64,000 nt of DNA from Alphaproteobacteria bacterium (GTDB lineage: Bacteria; Pseudomonadota; Alphaproteobacteria; UBA828), in NCBI GenBank assembly GCA_965221125.1, contig CBDCRW010000006.1:64001-128000 (forward strand), given 5' to 3'. Below the pieces are notes generated by a model. The model was not told the origin of the DNA, searched no databases, and saw only the letters and a list, made by a program, of their open reading frames with translations. Every line of letters starts with the position of its first letter. The stretch's first letter is position 1. Shown in pieces: positions 20,151-29,954 of the stretch. The position numbers and the translations under genes are program-made.

Positions 20151-21572
20151 GTGCGCCGACACCGCCGCGCCAAGATCGTCGCGACACTCGGGCCGTCGAG
20201 TTCCGACGAGGCGACCGTCCGCGCCCTGTTCGAGACCGGCGTGGACGTCTTCCGCCTCAATTTCAGCCACGGCACCCACGCCGAGCACCGGGCGCGTCAC
20301 GACCTGGTTCGGTCGGTGGAGGCGGCGGCGGGTAGGCCCATCGGGACTCTGGCAGACCTGCAGGGGCCGAAGCTCAGGATCGGGACGTTCCGGGGCGGCG
20401 AGACGCTGCTCGCCCAGGGCCAGCGCTTCACTCTCGACCTCGGCGATGCGCCGGGGGACGAGACCTGCGTCGGCGTGCCGCACGCCGAAGTCTTCGCGGC
20501 GCTTGAGCCCGGCGCCGACGTGCTGCTCGACGATGGCAGGGTGCGGCTACGCGTCGCCGCGTGCGGGCCGGACCGGGCCGAGACCGTGGTGGTGACGCCG
20601 GGCGTCCTCTCCGACCGCAAGGGCCTCAACCTGCCGGGCGTGACGCTCCCCATCGACGCCGTCACCGCCAAGGATCGCGACGATCTCGCCTTCGCCCTCG
20701 GCCTCGGCGTCGACTGGGTGGCGCTCTCCTTCGTCCAGGGCCCGGCGGACATCGCCTCTGCGCGCCGCCTGGTGCCGGACGACGTGGCCATCGTGGCCAA
20801 GCTGGAGAAGCCGAGCGCGCTCGACTGCCTGGAGGAGATCGTCGACCTCTCCGATGCGATCATGGTGGCGCGCGGCGACCTCGGCGTGGAGCTTGCGCCC
20901 GAGGACGTGCCGGCCGCGCAGAAGCGCATCGTCCATGCGGCGCGGAACGCCGGCAAGCCGGTGGTGATCGCGACCCAGATGCTGGATTCGATGATGAATG
21001 CGCCGGCACCCACCCGCGCCGAGGCCTCGGACGTGGCGACGGCGGTCTATGACGGGGCCGATGCGCTCATGCTCTCCGGCGAATCGGCTGCCGGCCGCTT
21101 TCCGCGCGAGGCGGTGGCGATGATGAACCGCATCATCGAGCGCGTGGAAGGCGACGACGCCTACCGGCGCCATGTTCACTGGCAGCAGCAGGACCCCGAG
21201 GCGACGACCGCCGACGCGATCACCGCCGCCGCGCGCCAGGTGGCGGACACGCTGGACGCCGCCAGCATCGTGACCTACACCACATCGGGCTCCACCGCCG
21301 TCAGGGCTGCGCGCGAGCGGCCCAGGGCGCAGATCCTCGTGCTGACGCCGTCGCGCGACACGGCGCGCCGGCTGGCGCTCGTCTGGGGGGTCCACTGCGT
21401 CCACACCGAGGATGCCACCGGGTTCACCGACATGGTGGAGCGCGCGTGCGCCCAGGCGCTCGACGCGGGCCACGCCGAGCCGGGAGAGCGCATCGTCATC
21501 ACCGCCGGCGTCCCCTTCGGCACGCCGGGTACGACCAACGTGCTCCGCATCGCGCGCGTTCAGCCTTCATAG
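20151..21572 (+). CDS. pyk: Pyruvate kinase
   Basis: KIVATLGPSS, FRLNFSHG, DLQGPKLR, IMVARGDLGVE, ATQMLDSM, MLSGESA. Confidence 0.96.
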   Translation: MRRHRRAKIVATLGPSSSDEATVRALFETGVDVFRLNFSHGTHAEHRARHDLVRSVEAAAGRPIGTLADLQGPKLRIGTFRGGETLLAQGQRFTLDLGDAPGDETCVGVPHAEVFAALEPGADVLLDDGRVRLRVAACGPDRAETVVVTPGVLSDRKGLNLPGVTLPIDAVTAKDRDDLAFALGLGVDWVALSFVQGPADIASARRLVPDDVAIVAKLEKPSALDCLEEIVDLSDAIMVARGDLGVELAPEDVPAAQKRIVHAARNAGKPVVIATQMLDSMMNAPAPTRAEASDVATAVYDGADALMLSGESAAGRFPREAVAMMNRIIERVEGDDAYRRHVHWQQQDPEATTADAITAAARQVADTLDAASIVTYTTSGSTAVRAARERPRAQILVLTPSRDTARRLALVWGVHCVHTEDATGFTDMVERACAQALDAGHAEPGERIVITAGVPFGTPGTTNVLRIARVQPS

Positions 21573-21593
21573 GCGACGACTCGTGCCGCGCGC

Positions 21594-21623
21594 TTGACCC
21601 TTGCCCGCCGCGATTTCTATGCT
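21594..21623 (+). promoter_or_regulatory. Putative sigma70 promoter for the beta-propeller operon
   Basis: TTGACC-N18-TATGCT upstream of the GGAGG RBS and ATG at 21692. Confidence 0.4.
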
Positions 21624-21691
21624 GCCGGCCTGTCCATGCCGCCGGCGGCGGAGCGGGCGGCGGCCCGCACGAACCCGAAGGAGGGGAAGTC

Positions 21692-22849
21692 ATGAATAAG
21701 CTGTTGTCCGCGGGCCTTGGTGCGCTCGCCGTGCTGGCGATGACGGCGCCAGGCGTGCACGCGCTGGACGACCTCTCGAACTACGTGTTCGTGCCGAACC
21801 GGGCGTCGGCCGACGTTGCGGTCATCGACACGCGCACCGACGCGGTGATCGCGCATATCCCGGTGGGGCAGGTGCCGCACCAGGTCGCGGTCTCGCCGAG
21901 CCTCGGCAAGATGGCGGTGACGAACACCGCCGACGACACCGTCTCCGTGATCGATCTGGCGACGCTCACGGTGACGGCCACCATCCCGCTCGGCCACGAG
22001 CCCGAGCACATGGAGATCGCCCCCTCCGGCGACGTGCTGGCCGTGGGCAACATCGGCGAGGGCACGGTCTCGCTGGTATCGCTCCTCGGCGAGCGCGAGC
22101 TCGCGCGCGTGGACGGGCTGCACGAGCCCCACAACATGACCTTCAGCCCGAACGGCGAGCGCCTCTATGTCGGCAATCTGGGCGCGAGCTTCGTCAGCAT
22201 GATCGACGTACCGCAGGCTATTGTCGCGGGCGAGATCGCCGTCGGGCCCGACCGCGCGCTCGCGCATCACGAGGACGACGAGACCGCCTACCAAGGCATC
22301 ATCAACGTCACCGCGACGCCCGACGGGCGCCTCGGCTTCGCCGCCTACGGCGAGGGCGATCGCATGGCGGTGATCGACCTTGAGGCGGGCCGGACCCTCG
22401 AGACGCTCGAACTCGGCGACACGCCCTGGCGCGCGTTCACCACCACCGACGGCCGCTACATGATCGTCCCCAACAACGGCGACGAGACGGTCTCCGTGGT
22501 CTCGACCGAGACGCTCGAGGAGGTCGCGCGCCTCGCCGGTGCGGCCGACATGACCGGCGTCAACACCGGCGCGTTCGACACGCTCGCCTACGTGATCAGC
22601 CGGGGCGACGACAAGGCGCTGGTGATCGACCTCGAGACCATGCAGCCCGCCGGCGAGGTCGCGCTGCCAGGCACGCCCGAGACCGGCGTGGTCACACCCG
22701 ACGGCACCAAGCTCTACGTCGCTTTGAGCGATGCCGGCACGGTCGCCGTGATTGACGTGGCGACGAAAGCGGTCACCGCGACGATCGACGGCGTGGGCGC
22801 GGAGCCCTGGGGCGCTCACATGGCGGGTGCGGTCAACTACTGTCACTGA
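21692..22849 (+). CDS. Secreted YVTN/YncE-type beta-propeller repeat protein
   Basis: Signal peptide; repeats such as AVTNTADDTVSVIDL, LYVGN, LYVALSDAGTVAVIDV; His at blade loops; C-terminus NYCH. Confidence 0.85.
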   Translation: MNKLLSAGLGALAVLAMTAPGVHALDDLSNYVFVPNRASADVAVIDTRTDAVIAHIPVGQVPHQVAVSPSLGKMAVTNTADDTVSVIDLATLTVTATIPLGHEPEHMEIAPSGDVLAVGNIGEGTVSLVSLLGERELARVDGLHEPHNMTFSPNGERLYVGNLGASFVSMIDVPQAIVAGEIAVGPDRALAHHEDDETAYQGIINVTATPDGRLGFAAYGEGDRMAVIDLEAGRTLETLELGDTPWRAFTTTDGRYMIVPNNGDETVSVVSTETLEEVARLAGAADMTGVNTGAFDTLAYVISRGDDKALVIDLETMQPAGEVALPGTPETGVVTPDGTKLYVALSDAGTVAVIDVATKAVTATIDGVGAEPWGAHMAGAVNYCH

Positions 22850-22899
22850 CCGCGGCGGCTTTCTCGACGGCTGCGTTCGCCCGCTTCGCGGCAGGCCTC

Positions 22900-23694
22900 T
22901 TGGCGCTGGCGGCGCTCGCCGGCGCCTCCGCTGCACACGCCGAGGCTGAGGCCCCGCGCGACCGCCTGCTCGGCGCCGTGGCACGCCACGCGGCCCTGCC
23001 GGCGACGCTCGCGGCGGACGTCGCGCGGCACTGCCCACCCGCCGATACCCGCTGCGCCGCCCGGCTGATCGCGGGCAGCCTCGCTGCCGCGCGCCTGGTT
23101 CGGGTGAACCACCCCGATACCGACACGATCCGCCGGGCGCGCACGGAGCCCTCGGTCGCCGCCGCCGAGCGGCGGGATGACGGGGCGCTGGTCGTGGTGC
23201 TCGACCGCTTCGGCCGTACGGCCGACCGCGAGGTCGCCGATGCCGTCGCCGCGCGCGGGGTCGGCGCACCGGGCCGGCTGGTGCTCGACCTTCGCGGCAA
23301 CGGCGGCGGGGACTTCGACCGGATGCGCCGGGTCGCGAGCCTCTTCACCGGACCGGTAGAGGGGGCGATCCGCTTGGTCGGCCTGAATGGCGCGACCGGC
23401 GTGGCGCTCCCCGCGCCGCTTCGAGACCTGGGGCTGGATGACGCCGCGATCGACGTGCTGATCGGCCCCGGCACGGCGAGCAGCGCGGAGGTGCTGGCGG
23501 CGCTGCTGCGCCGGCACGCCAACGCCCGGCTCGTGGGCGCACGGACAGCGGGCAAGGACTGGCTCACGCGCCTTGTCCCGGTCGATCACGACTGGCGGCT
23601 CGCGATCCCCGCCGAGCGCATCGGGGTGCCGGGCGAGCATCTGGCGGGGGGTCTTCTGCCGGATGTCGAGCTCCCGCCCACCGCCGAGCCGTGA
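22900..23694 (+). CDS. Secreted S41-family peptidase domain protein without PDZ (start uncertain, possibly 22846)
   Basis: LVLDLRGNGGG, VLIGPGTASSAEVLA (catalytic Ser), LVGARTAGK (catalytic Lys), GLLPDV. Confidence 0.75.
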   Translation: MALAALAGASAAHAEAEAPRDRLLGAVARHAALPATLAADVARHCPPADTRCAARLIAGSLAAARLVRVNHPDTDTIRRARTEPSVAAAERRDDGALVVVLDRFGRTADREVADAVAARGVGAPGRLVLDLRGNGGGDFDRMRRVASLFTGPVEGAIRLVGLNGATGVALPAPLRDLGLDDAAIDVLIGPGTASSAEVLAALLRRHANARLVGARTAGKDWLTRLVPVDHDWRLAIPAERIGVPGEHLAGGLLPDVELPPTAEP

Positions 23695-23744
23695 CCGGCG
23701 CCCTCTTCGCGTGTCTAATGCGCCCGTCAACGAGGAGAATAGGA

Positions 23745-24224
23745 ATGACACGGTTCGGTGGCGTCGCCGTTGCTCTGGTCGCCGCCCTGGCGTCAGTCGC
23801 CACGGCGGTGCCCTTGGCGGCGCACGAGGAAAAGACCGCGCACATCACGCTCGTTCACCCCTGGTCGCGGCCGGCGCCGCAGGGGCAGAACGGCGTGATC
23901 TATCTCGAAATCCGGAACGACGGCGAGGTCGACGATCGTCTGATCGGGGTCAGCACGCCTCTCGCCGAGAGGGTGGAGCTGCACCGGAGCACCATGGAGG
24001 ACGGCATCCACCGCATGGAGAAGGTGGAGAGCATCACGGTGCCGGCGGGCGGCACGGTCGAGCTCGCGCCCGGCGGCCTTCACGTCATGCTGGTCGGCCT
24101 CAAGTTCATGCTGATGGCGGAGGAAACGATTCCCGTCACCTTCACCTTCGAGCAGGCGGGCGACGTCACGGCCACGTTTGCAGTGGAGACCCGGAGCGGC
24201 GGCGATTCCGGGTACGGCCACTGA
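23745..24224 (+). CDS. Periplasmic copper chaperone PCu(A)C family
   Basis: Signal peptide; HPWSR, VELH...M...LAPGGLHVML Cu(I) ligand pattern. Confidence 0.9.
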   Translation: MTRFGGVAVALVAALASVATAVPLAAHEEKTAHITLVHPWSRPAPQGQNGVIYLEIRNDGEVDDRLIGVSTPLAERVELHRSTMEDGIHRMEKVESITVPAGGTVELAPGGLHVMLVGLKFMLMAEETIPVTFTFEQAGDVTATFAVETRSGGDSGYGH

Positions 24225-24244
24225 GGCCGCGGCAACGAAGAACG

Positions 24245-25321
24245 TCAGTCGCCGAGGCGCTGGCCGCTCTTCCGGTCGAAGAGGTGAAGCGATTCGAGGC
24301 GCGGCATCAGGCGGATCGTTTCGCCGGGCTCGAAGTCGTGCCGCTCCTTGAACTCGGCGCAGACCTCGTGCCCGGCCATCTCGCAGAACACGAGCGTGCT
24401 GGAGCCGGTCGGCTCCACCACCGAGACCGTGGCCTCGACGCCCGCGCCGTTGGCTGAAAGCGCCAGGTCCTCGGGGCGGATGCCGTAGACGATCGGCTGT
24501 CCCTCGCCCGCGCGGGCACCCGGCGGCAGCGGCAAAGCGGTGCCGTCGTCTGCGGTCGCTGCCGGCGCGTCGCCCGCCGCGCCGCCCGAGGCCTCGATGA
24601 AGTTCATCGCCGGCGAGCCGATGAAGCCCGCGACGAAGAGGTTGGCGGGGCGGTCGTAGAGATCGAGCGGGCGGCCCACCTGCTCGACCCGGCCCAGGTT
24701 CATCACCACGATGCGCTCGGCCATGGTCATGGCTTCCACCTGGTCGTGGGTGACGTAGATCGAGGTGGTGCGCAGCCGCTGGTGCAGCGCCTTGATTTCC
24801 GTCCGCATCTGCACGCGGAGCTTGGCGTCGAGGTTGGACAGCGGCTCGTCGAAGAGGAACACCTGCGGGTCACGCACGATGGCGCGCCCCATGGCGACGC
24901 GCTGGCGCTCGCCGCCCGAGAGCTGGCGCGGCAGGCGGTTGAGCAGGTTCGTCAGCCCCAGGATCTGGGCCGCGCTGTCCACCCGCTCGCGGATCAGGTT
25001 CTTGTCCTCTCGGCGCAGGCGCAGGCTGAAGCCCATGTTCTGGCGCACGGTCATGTGTGGGTAGAGGGCGTAGTTCTGAAACACCATGGCGACGTCGCGG
25101 GCCTTGGGCGCCATGTCGTTCACCACCGTGTCACCGATGGCGATCTCGCCGTCGTTGACCTCCTCGAGGCCGGCGATCATCCGCAGCAGCGTCGACTTGC
25201 CGCAGCCCGATGGGCCGACGAGAACCAGGAACTCGCCGTCGTGGATGTCGATCGAGACGCCGTGAATCACGGCCGTGTCGTCGAAGGACTTGTGGACCTC
25301 GCGGACCGATACCGTTGCCAT
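24245..25321 (-). CDS. Carbohydrate ABC transporter ATP-binding protein (MalK/UgpC family)
   Basis: GPSGCGKST, VFQNYALYPHM, LSGGERQRVAMGR, FLFDEPLSNLD. Confidence 0.95.
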   Translation of the reverse strand: MATVSVREVHKSFDDTAVIHGVSIDIHDGEFLVLVGPSGCGKSTLLRMIAGLEEVNDGEIAIGDTVVNDMAPKARDVAMVFQNYALYPHMTVRQNMGFSLRLRREDKNLIRERVDSAAQILGLTNLLNRLPRQLSGGERQRVAMGRAIVRDPQVFLFDEPLSNLDAKLRVQMRTEIKALHQRLRTTSIYVTHDQVEAMTMAERIVVMNLGRVEQVGRPLDLYDRPANLFVAGFIGSPAMNFIEASGGAAGDAPAATADDGTALPLPPGARAGEGQPIVYGIRPEDLALSANGAGVEATVSVVEPTGSSTLVFCEMAGHEVCAEFKERHDFEPGETIRLMPRLESLHLFDRKSGQRLGD

Positions 25322-25342
25322 GACTGCCTCCTACAACCCAGC

Positions 25343-26251
25343 CTAGCCCTTGACCGCACCGAGGGTAAGCCCGCGCACGATGTAGCGCTGCGCGAACAGC
25401 GCGATCAGAACCGGCGGGATCATGGCGATGAGCGAGCGCACCGCCACGAACCAGAACTGCACGCCGCGCGAATCCACGCCGCCCGCGATATGGACCGGCA
25501 TGGTCGCCGAATCCTTGATGGTCAGGATCACCGCAAACAGATACTCGTTCCAGGCGAACGCGAACATGATGAGCGCGGACGCTGCGATCGCCGGCAGCGC
25601 GAGCGGAATCGCCACGCGAAAGAACGCGATGAAGTGCGAGGCGCCGTCCACCAGCGCCGCCTCCTCCAGCTCGATCGGCAGGTCCTGGAAGGTCTGACGC
25701 ACGATCACCACCACGAAGGGCAGGATGAAGGTGGCGTTGACCAGGATCAGCGCGGCATGGGTGTCCAGCATGTCGAGGGAGGAGAAGACGATGAAGAAGG
25801 GCACCGCGGTCGCCACCGGCGGCAGCACCCGCTGCGACAGGAACCAGATCGTGAGGTCCTTGTTCTTGATGCGCTTGAAGCGGAAGCGCGCCAGCGCGTA
25901 GGCCGCCGGCAGGCCGAGGACGAGCGCGATCAGCACCGAGCAGACGGAGATGATCAGGCTATTGCCGAAGGCGTTGGCGGCCTCCGGCGTCGAAATCTGC
26001 GATATCCAGTTCTCGAGCGTCGGCGTGAAGTCGAGGAAGGGGACGCCGAGGCCGGCCACCGTGAAGGTGTCCGCCGGCGCGCGCAGGCTGTTGGAGACCG
26101 CCCAGTAGATGGGGAAGAAGAAGATCAGCGCGATGAAGATCGCGATGATCGAGAAGCCGGCATCGGCGAACCAGAGCCGCTTGCGCTTGGCCCGCGCCTG
26201 GGGGACGCCGGCGGGCTGGCCGAACAGCGACTTGCCCAAGCCGCTAAGCAT
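25343..26251 (-). CDS. Carbohydrate ABC transporter permease
   Basis: ELEEAALVDGA EAA loop, FAWNEYLFA. Confidence 0.92.
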   Translation of the reverse strand: MLSGLGKSLFGQPAGVPQARAKRKRLWFADAGFSIIAIFIALIFFFPIYWAVSNSLRAPADTFTVAGLGVPFLDFTPTLENWISQISTPEAANAFGNSLIISVCSVLIALVLGLPAAYALARFRFKRIKNKDLTIWFLSQRVLPPVATAVPFFIVFSSLDMLDTHAALILVNATFILPFVVVIVRQTFQDLPIELEEAALVDGASHFIAFFRVAIPLALPAIAASALIMFAFAWNEYLFAVILTIKDSATMPVHIAGGVDSRGVQFWFVAVRSLIAMIPPVLIALFAQRYIVRGLTLGAVKG

Positions 26252-27197
26252 AGGTCTGCCTGAGCCGGCGGAAGAAGAGCGTGACGATGATCATCACGAC
26301 GATCAGCAGCAGGTAAGCCATGGCCGACGCGTAGCCGAAGTCGTTCAGCTTGAAGCCGCGCGTGAACGCCAGGTAGCTGTATGACTGGGTGGCAATTCCG
26401 GGCCCGCCCTTGGTCAGCGTCGCGATGATGTCGAAGAGCTTGACCGCCTCCGCCAGTCGCAGCAGCAGCACGATGATGATGACCGGCTGCAGCATCGGGA
26501 TCACGACGATGCGCCACAGATCCCATGCCGAGCCGCTGTCCAATCGCGCGCACTCCACAAGATCGTCGGGGATGCTCTGAAGCCCGGCGAGGAACACAAG
26601 GAAGCAGAACGGCGTCCATTGCCATATGTCGACCAATATGACCGAGACGAGGGCCCAATCCGGGTGCGACAACCATGGTATGCCCAGGAATTCGAGCGGG
26701 CCGCCGATCTCGTAGAAGACAGTAAAGAACAGGTATCCGACCGCGATCGGAGTCGCGAAAATCGGCAATATCATGATCGTTCGCAAGACCGCTCGCCCGA
26801 ATATGTATCGGTGGAAGAGGAAGGCGAGCAGGAATCCCAGTACAATCTCGAGCGTCACCGCCGTGAACACGAAGATCGCGGTGACCTTGACCGCAGACCC
26901 CACCTCCTCGTCGCCGAAGGCACGGATGAAGCTGGCGAAGCCGTTCCAGGTGAAGTTGGTCTGAAGCTCGCGGTGCACCACGGTCTTGGTGCGGGGCTCG
27001 CCGCTCTTCTTGAGCACGGGCTCGCCGGCCTCGTTGAGCACGGGCACCTTCTCGCGCCCGGTGACGACCACCTTGCGGTCGACGTCATGGAAGCTGAGAT
27101 AGAGAGAATAGCCGAGCGGGAAGACGGTGAACGCCAGCACCCAGAAGACGGCCGGCAGCAAGAAGACGAACTTGACCGGCTTGGTCCAGCGGATCAT
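26244..27197 (-). CDS. Carbohydrate ABC transporter permease
   Basis: DIWQWTPF, AGLQSIPDDLVECARLDSG, TKGGPG. Confidence 0.92.
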   Translation of the reverse strand: MIRWTKPVKFVFLLPAVFWVLAFTVFPLGYSLYLSFHDVDRKVVVTGREKVPVLNEAGEPVLKKSGEPRTKTVVHRELQTNFTWNGFASFIRAFGDEEVGSAVKVTAIFVFTAVTLEIVLGFLLAFLFHRYIFGRAVLRTIMILPIFATPIAVGYLFFTVFYEIGGPLEFLGIPWLSHPDWALVSVILVDIWQWTPFCFLVFLAGLQSIPDDLVECARLDSGSAWDLWRIVVIPMLQPVIIIVLLLRLAEAVKLFDIIATLTKGGPGIATQSYSYLAFTRGFKLNDFGYASAMAYLLLIVVMIIVTLFFRRLRQTYA

Positions 27198-27224
27198 GGC
27201 CGGCTAGGACTCACTGAACAAGGC

Positions 27225-27269
27225 GGGGCGCAGGGCAGGCGCGGCTTGAGTGCGGCCGCCCTGCGCCCC
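27225..27269 (-). terminator. Intra-operon stem-loop downstream of the binding-protein gene
   Basis: 12-bp inverted repeat ggggcgcagggc...gccctgcgcccc between the SBP and permease genes. Confidence 0.5.
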
Positions 27270-27285
27270 AGTCGATGACCCTGGA

Positions 27286-28929
27286 CTATCCGCCGAAGCC
27301 GATCGCCTCCTGGTACTGCTGGAGGATCTTTTCACGGCCCAAACGGTCCGTGATGTCCTGCCAGGACGCTGCGGTATCGGAAAGAGCTTCCTGAGCGGTC
27401 TTCTGGCCGCTCATGGCCGCGGACAGGTTCTTGTCCATGATGTCCCAGTACGCGGGCGCGCCCTCGATCCTGAGATAGGTCAGGATCGTCGGTGCGGTGA
27501 AGTTGTCGTAGTAGGCCTGCGTGTACTCGGCGACATCGTCGGCATGCCAGCCGGCGGCCACGTAGTCCTCGATCTTCGCCTCACCCAGCGGCTCCAGGAA
27601 CTGGTAGTAGTACCCCGGATCGACACCGGTCCAGCCGTGATACGCGCCCCAGTTCGACGACGGCTTGATCGCCATCAGCGAGAGGAACGAGTAGGCGGCG
27701 TCCGGGTTCTCCGAGAAGGCCGAGATCACGCCGTGCCACGAGCCGCCGGTGGTGTTGCCGACCGGCTGCGGGTCGTCGGTCTCGACCCAGGCGCCGTTCT
27801 CGTGATCCCAGTACTTGTCGGAGCTGGGCATGAGCGCCGAACCGCAGATCCCCTTGATCTTGGAACGCGATTCATCCTGGCAGAGCGAGCCCACGTCGCC
27901 CCAGCTGAACACGAACACCGACTTGCCGCGCAGGAAGTAGTCCCACGCCTCGCCCAGGCTCCAGCCGACCTGCGCCTCGGGGCCGGTCTTGTGCAGCTCC
28001 TGCAGGAACTCGAGCGCCGCGACATGGCCGGGGCTGTCGATCAGCGGCCTCATGTCGGTGGGATCGAACCAGTAGACGTTGTGGTACTGGGTCACCGCCT
28101 CGCCCGGCGTCATGGCGAAGGACGCGGAGAGCGACTGGAAGTGATAGTGCCCCTGCTCGCCCACCTTGAGGTGGAGCACGGTGCCGCTATCGGCCTCGTC
28201 GTCGTTGGCATCCCAGTTCTTGCCGTCGAAATACTGCGAGATGTCGAGGAGCTGCTGCCATGTCTTGGGCGGGACAGGCATGTCGTAGCCCTTCTCCGCC
28301 TTGAACGCGGCCTGGTGCTCGGGGTCGTTGAGCACGTCGCGCCGGTAGTAGAGCACTTGGCCGTCGGCGTCGTTGAGCACGCCGTAGCCCACGTCCCCCC
28401 AGGTGTGCAGGGTCTTGAGCGAGTCCGGCATGGAATCGTAGGTCCATTGCGGATGCTCGCCGCTCTCCATGTACTCCTCGATGGGGAGCATGTAGTCGCC
28501 GGCGACCAGGTCGCCGTAGAAGAAGGCGCCGACGATGATCCCGTCGTAGAGGCCGGTGCCTTGACGCAGGTCGAGCATCATCTTGGCGTAGAGGTCGGTG
28601 ATCGGCGTGAGCGCGATCTCGAGCTTGCCGCCGGAAAGCTCTTCCCAGATCGGGCGGAAGCTGAAGATCGGCCCCGAGATCCCGCCGCGCGGACCCGAAT
28701 CGAGGGTGAGCACGGTGATCGTGGTGCCCTCGAACGGCGCTTCGCCGGGCCCGAAGAGGGAGCCCAGCTCATCCCGCGAGGTCTTGATTACGGCGCCGTC
28801 CTCCATGATGAGGTCGACGGAACCATCGTCGTGCCACACGACGTGGCTGTCTTGCGCCATTGCGTCTGACGCGGTCAGTGCGGCGAGCGCCACACCGGCC
28901 GAAACCAAACCGGCTCGTAAGGCCTTCAT
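27286..28929 (-). CDS. Carbohydrate ABC transporter substrate-binding protein
   Basis: Signal peptide; LYYRRD, PPKTWQQLLD motifs; first gene of the ABC operon. Confidence 0.9.
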   Translation of the reverse strand: MKALRAGLVSAGVALAALTASDAMAQDSHVVWHDDGSVDLIMEDGAVIKTSRDELGSLFGPGEAPFEGTTITVLTLDSGPRGGISGPIFSFRPIWEELSGGKLEIALTPITDLYAKMMLDLRQGTGLYDGIIVGAFFYGDLVAGDYMLPIEEYMESGEHPQWTYDSMPDSLKTLHTWGDVGYGVLNDADGQVLYYRRDVLNDPEHQAAFKAEKGYDMPVPPKTWQQLLDISQYFDGKNWDANDDEADSGTVLHLKVGEQGHYHFQSLSASFAMTPGEAVTQYHNVYWFDPTDMRPLIDSPGHVAALEFLQELHKTGPEAQVGWSLGEAWDYFLRGKSVFVFSWGDVGSLCQDESRSKIKGICGSALMPSSDKYWDHENGAWVETDDPQPVGNTTGGSWHGVISAFSENPDAAYSFLSLMAIKPSSNWGAYHGWTGVDPGYYYQFLEPLGEAKIEDYVAAGWHADDVAEYTQAYYDNFTAPTILTYLRIEGAPAYWDIMDKNLSAAMSGQKTAQEALSDTAASWQDITDRLGREKILQQYQEAIGFGG

Positions 28930-29052
28930 CTTTTCACTCTCCCTTGTCGTGAACCGTCGTCACTGCCTTCAAGGCGTGATCGGCGAATATAGACGACGCG
29001 GCCGGGACAGGAAACCGGCCGATGCCGCGCTGCGTGCTCAGAAGCGCCGCCC

Positions 29053-29742
29053 CTACATCACCAGGGCGATCGGGCGGACCGGGCAGCCGGTCCCGTCCCG
29101 CAGCTTGAGCGGGGCGGCAACGAACAGGAACTCCTTGCCCACCAGCGCGCCCAGGTTGCACATCTGCTGGACCATGCAGATGTTGGCCTCCAGCCAGATG
29201 CGGTGGGTGGGCCACCACCACTCGGTGGGGTCGTCCATGCCGATCAGGTCGGTGCCGAAGAGCGCGATCTCCTGCTCCACCAGCCAGTGGGCGGTCTCGG
29301 TGGGCACGTAAGGCCGGTTCAGGGTGAAGCCGGGCTTGCCCCAGTCGTCCTCGACCCCGGCCCAGACGAGGAGCGCCGTGCCGGGCCGAACCGCGCGGCC
29401 CGACGCTTCGGCCGCGGCTTCGAGATCGGCGATGGTGATCGCCTCGCCGTTCTGCCGGTGGGTGAGGTCGAGCAGGTGCCCGGGCAGAACGAGGCGTTCC
29501 AGCGGCACGTCGGCGACGTCGGTGGCGCCCCGCGTGCAATGGCGCGGGACATCCAGGTGGGTGCCGCAATGCTCCGGCAGCAGCATCATGCGGGATTCCA
29601 TCGAGAGCTTGCCGTCGCTCAGCGTCTCCAGCTCGTCGAAGGAGTTGACCGGCCAGAAGGCCACGGCCGCGCCGCCGATATTCGGCATGTTGTGGAACAT
29701 CGTGTGGCCGAGATCGACGATCTCCTTCGGCACCATGGTCAT
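29053..29742 (-). CDS. Cyclase family metal-dependent hydrolase (kynurenine formamidase-like)
   Basis: EHCGTHLDVPRH metal motif, GTD, APLKLRDGTGCPVRPIA. Confidence 0.88.
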   Translation of the reverse strand: MTMVPKEIVDLGHTMFHNMPNIGGAAVAFWPVNSFDELETLSDGKLSMESRMMLLPEHCGTHLDVPRHCTRGATDVADVPLERLVLPGHLLDLTHRQNGEAITIADLEAAAEASGRAVRPGTALLVWAGVEDDWGKPGFTLNRPYVPTETAHWLVEQEIALFGTDLIGMDDPTEWWWPTHRIWLEANICMVQQMCNLGALVGKEFLFVAAPLKLRDGTGCPVRPIALVM

Positions 29743-29954
29743 TGTCCGTCTCCCCTGTGCTCGCCGGCATTCGATGAGGCCGGCTGCTCCCGGCCCGGCC
29801 ATCGCGCTGCCCGAGCTTAGCCCGGAATTCTCGCCGGGGTCATGGCCTGCGCGCTGGTCCTTGTGTCTTTTGTTCCCGTTGCCGCGCTGCGGGCGGAGCC
29901 ATAATCTCTGCGGCTCGCCTCAGGCTCCCGAGGCCAGCCAGCGTGGAGGACAAC

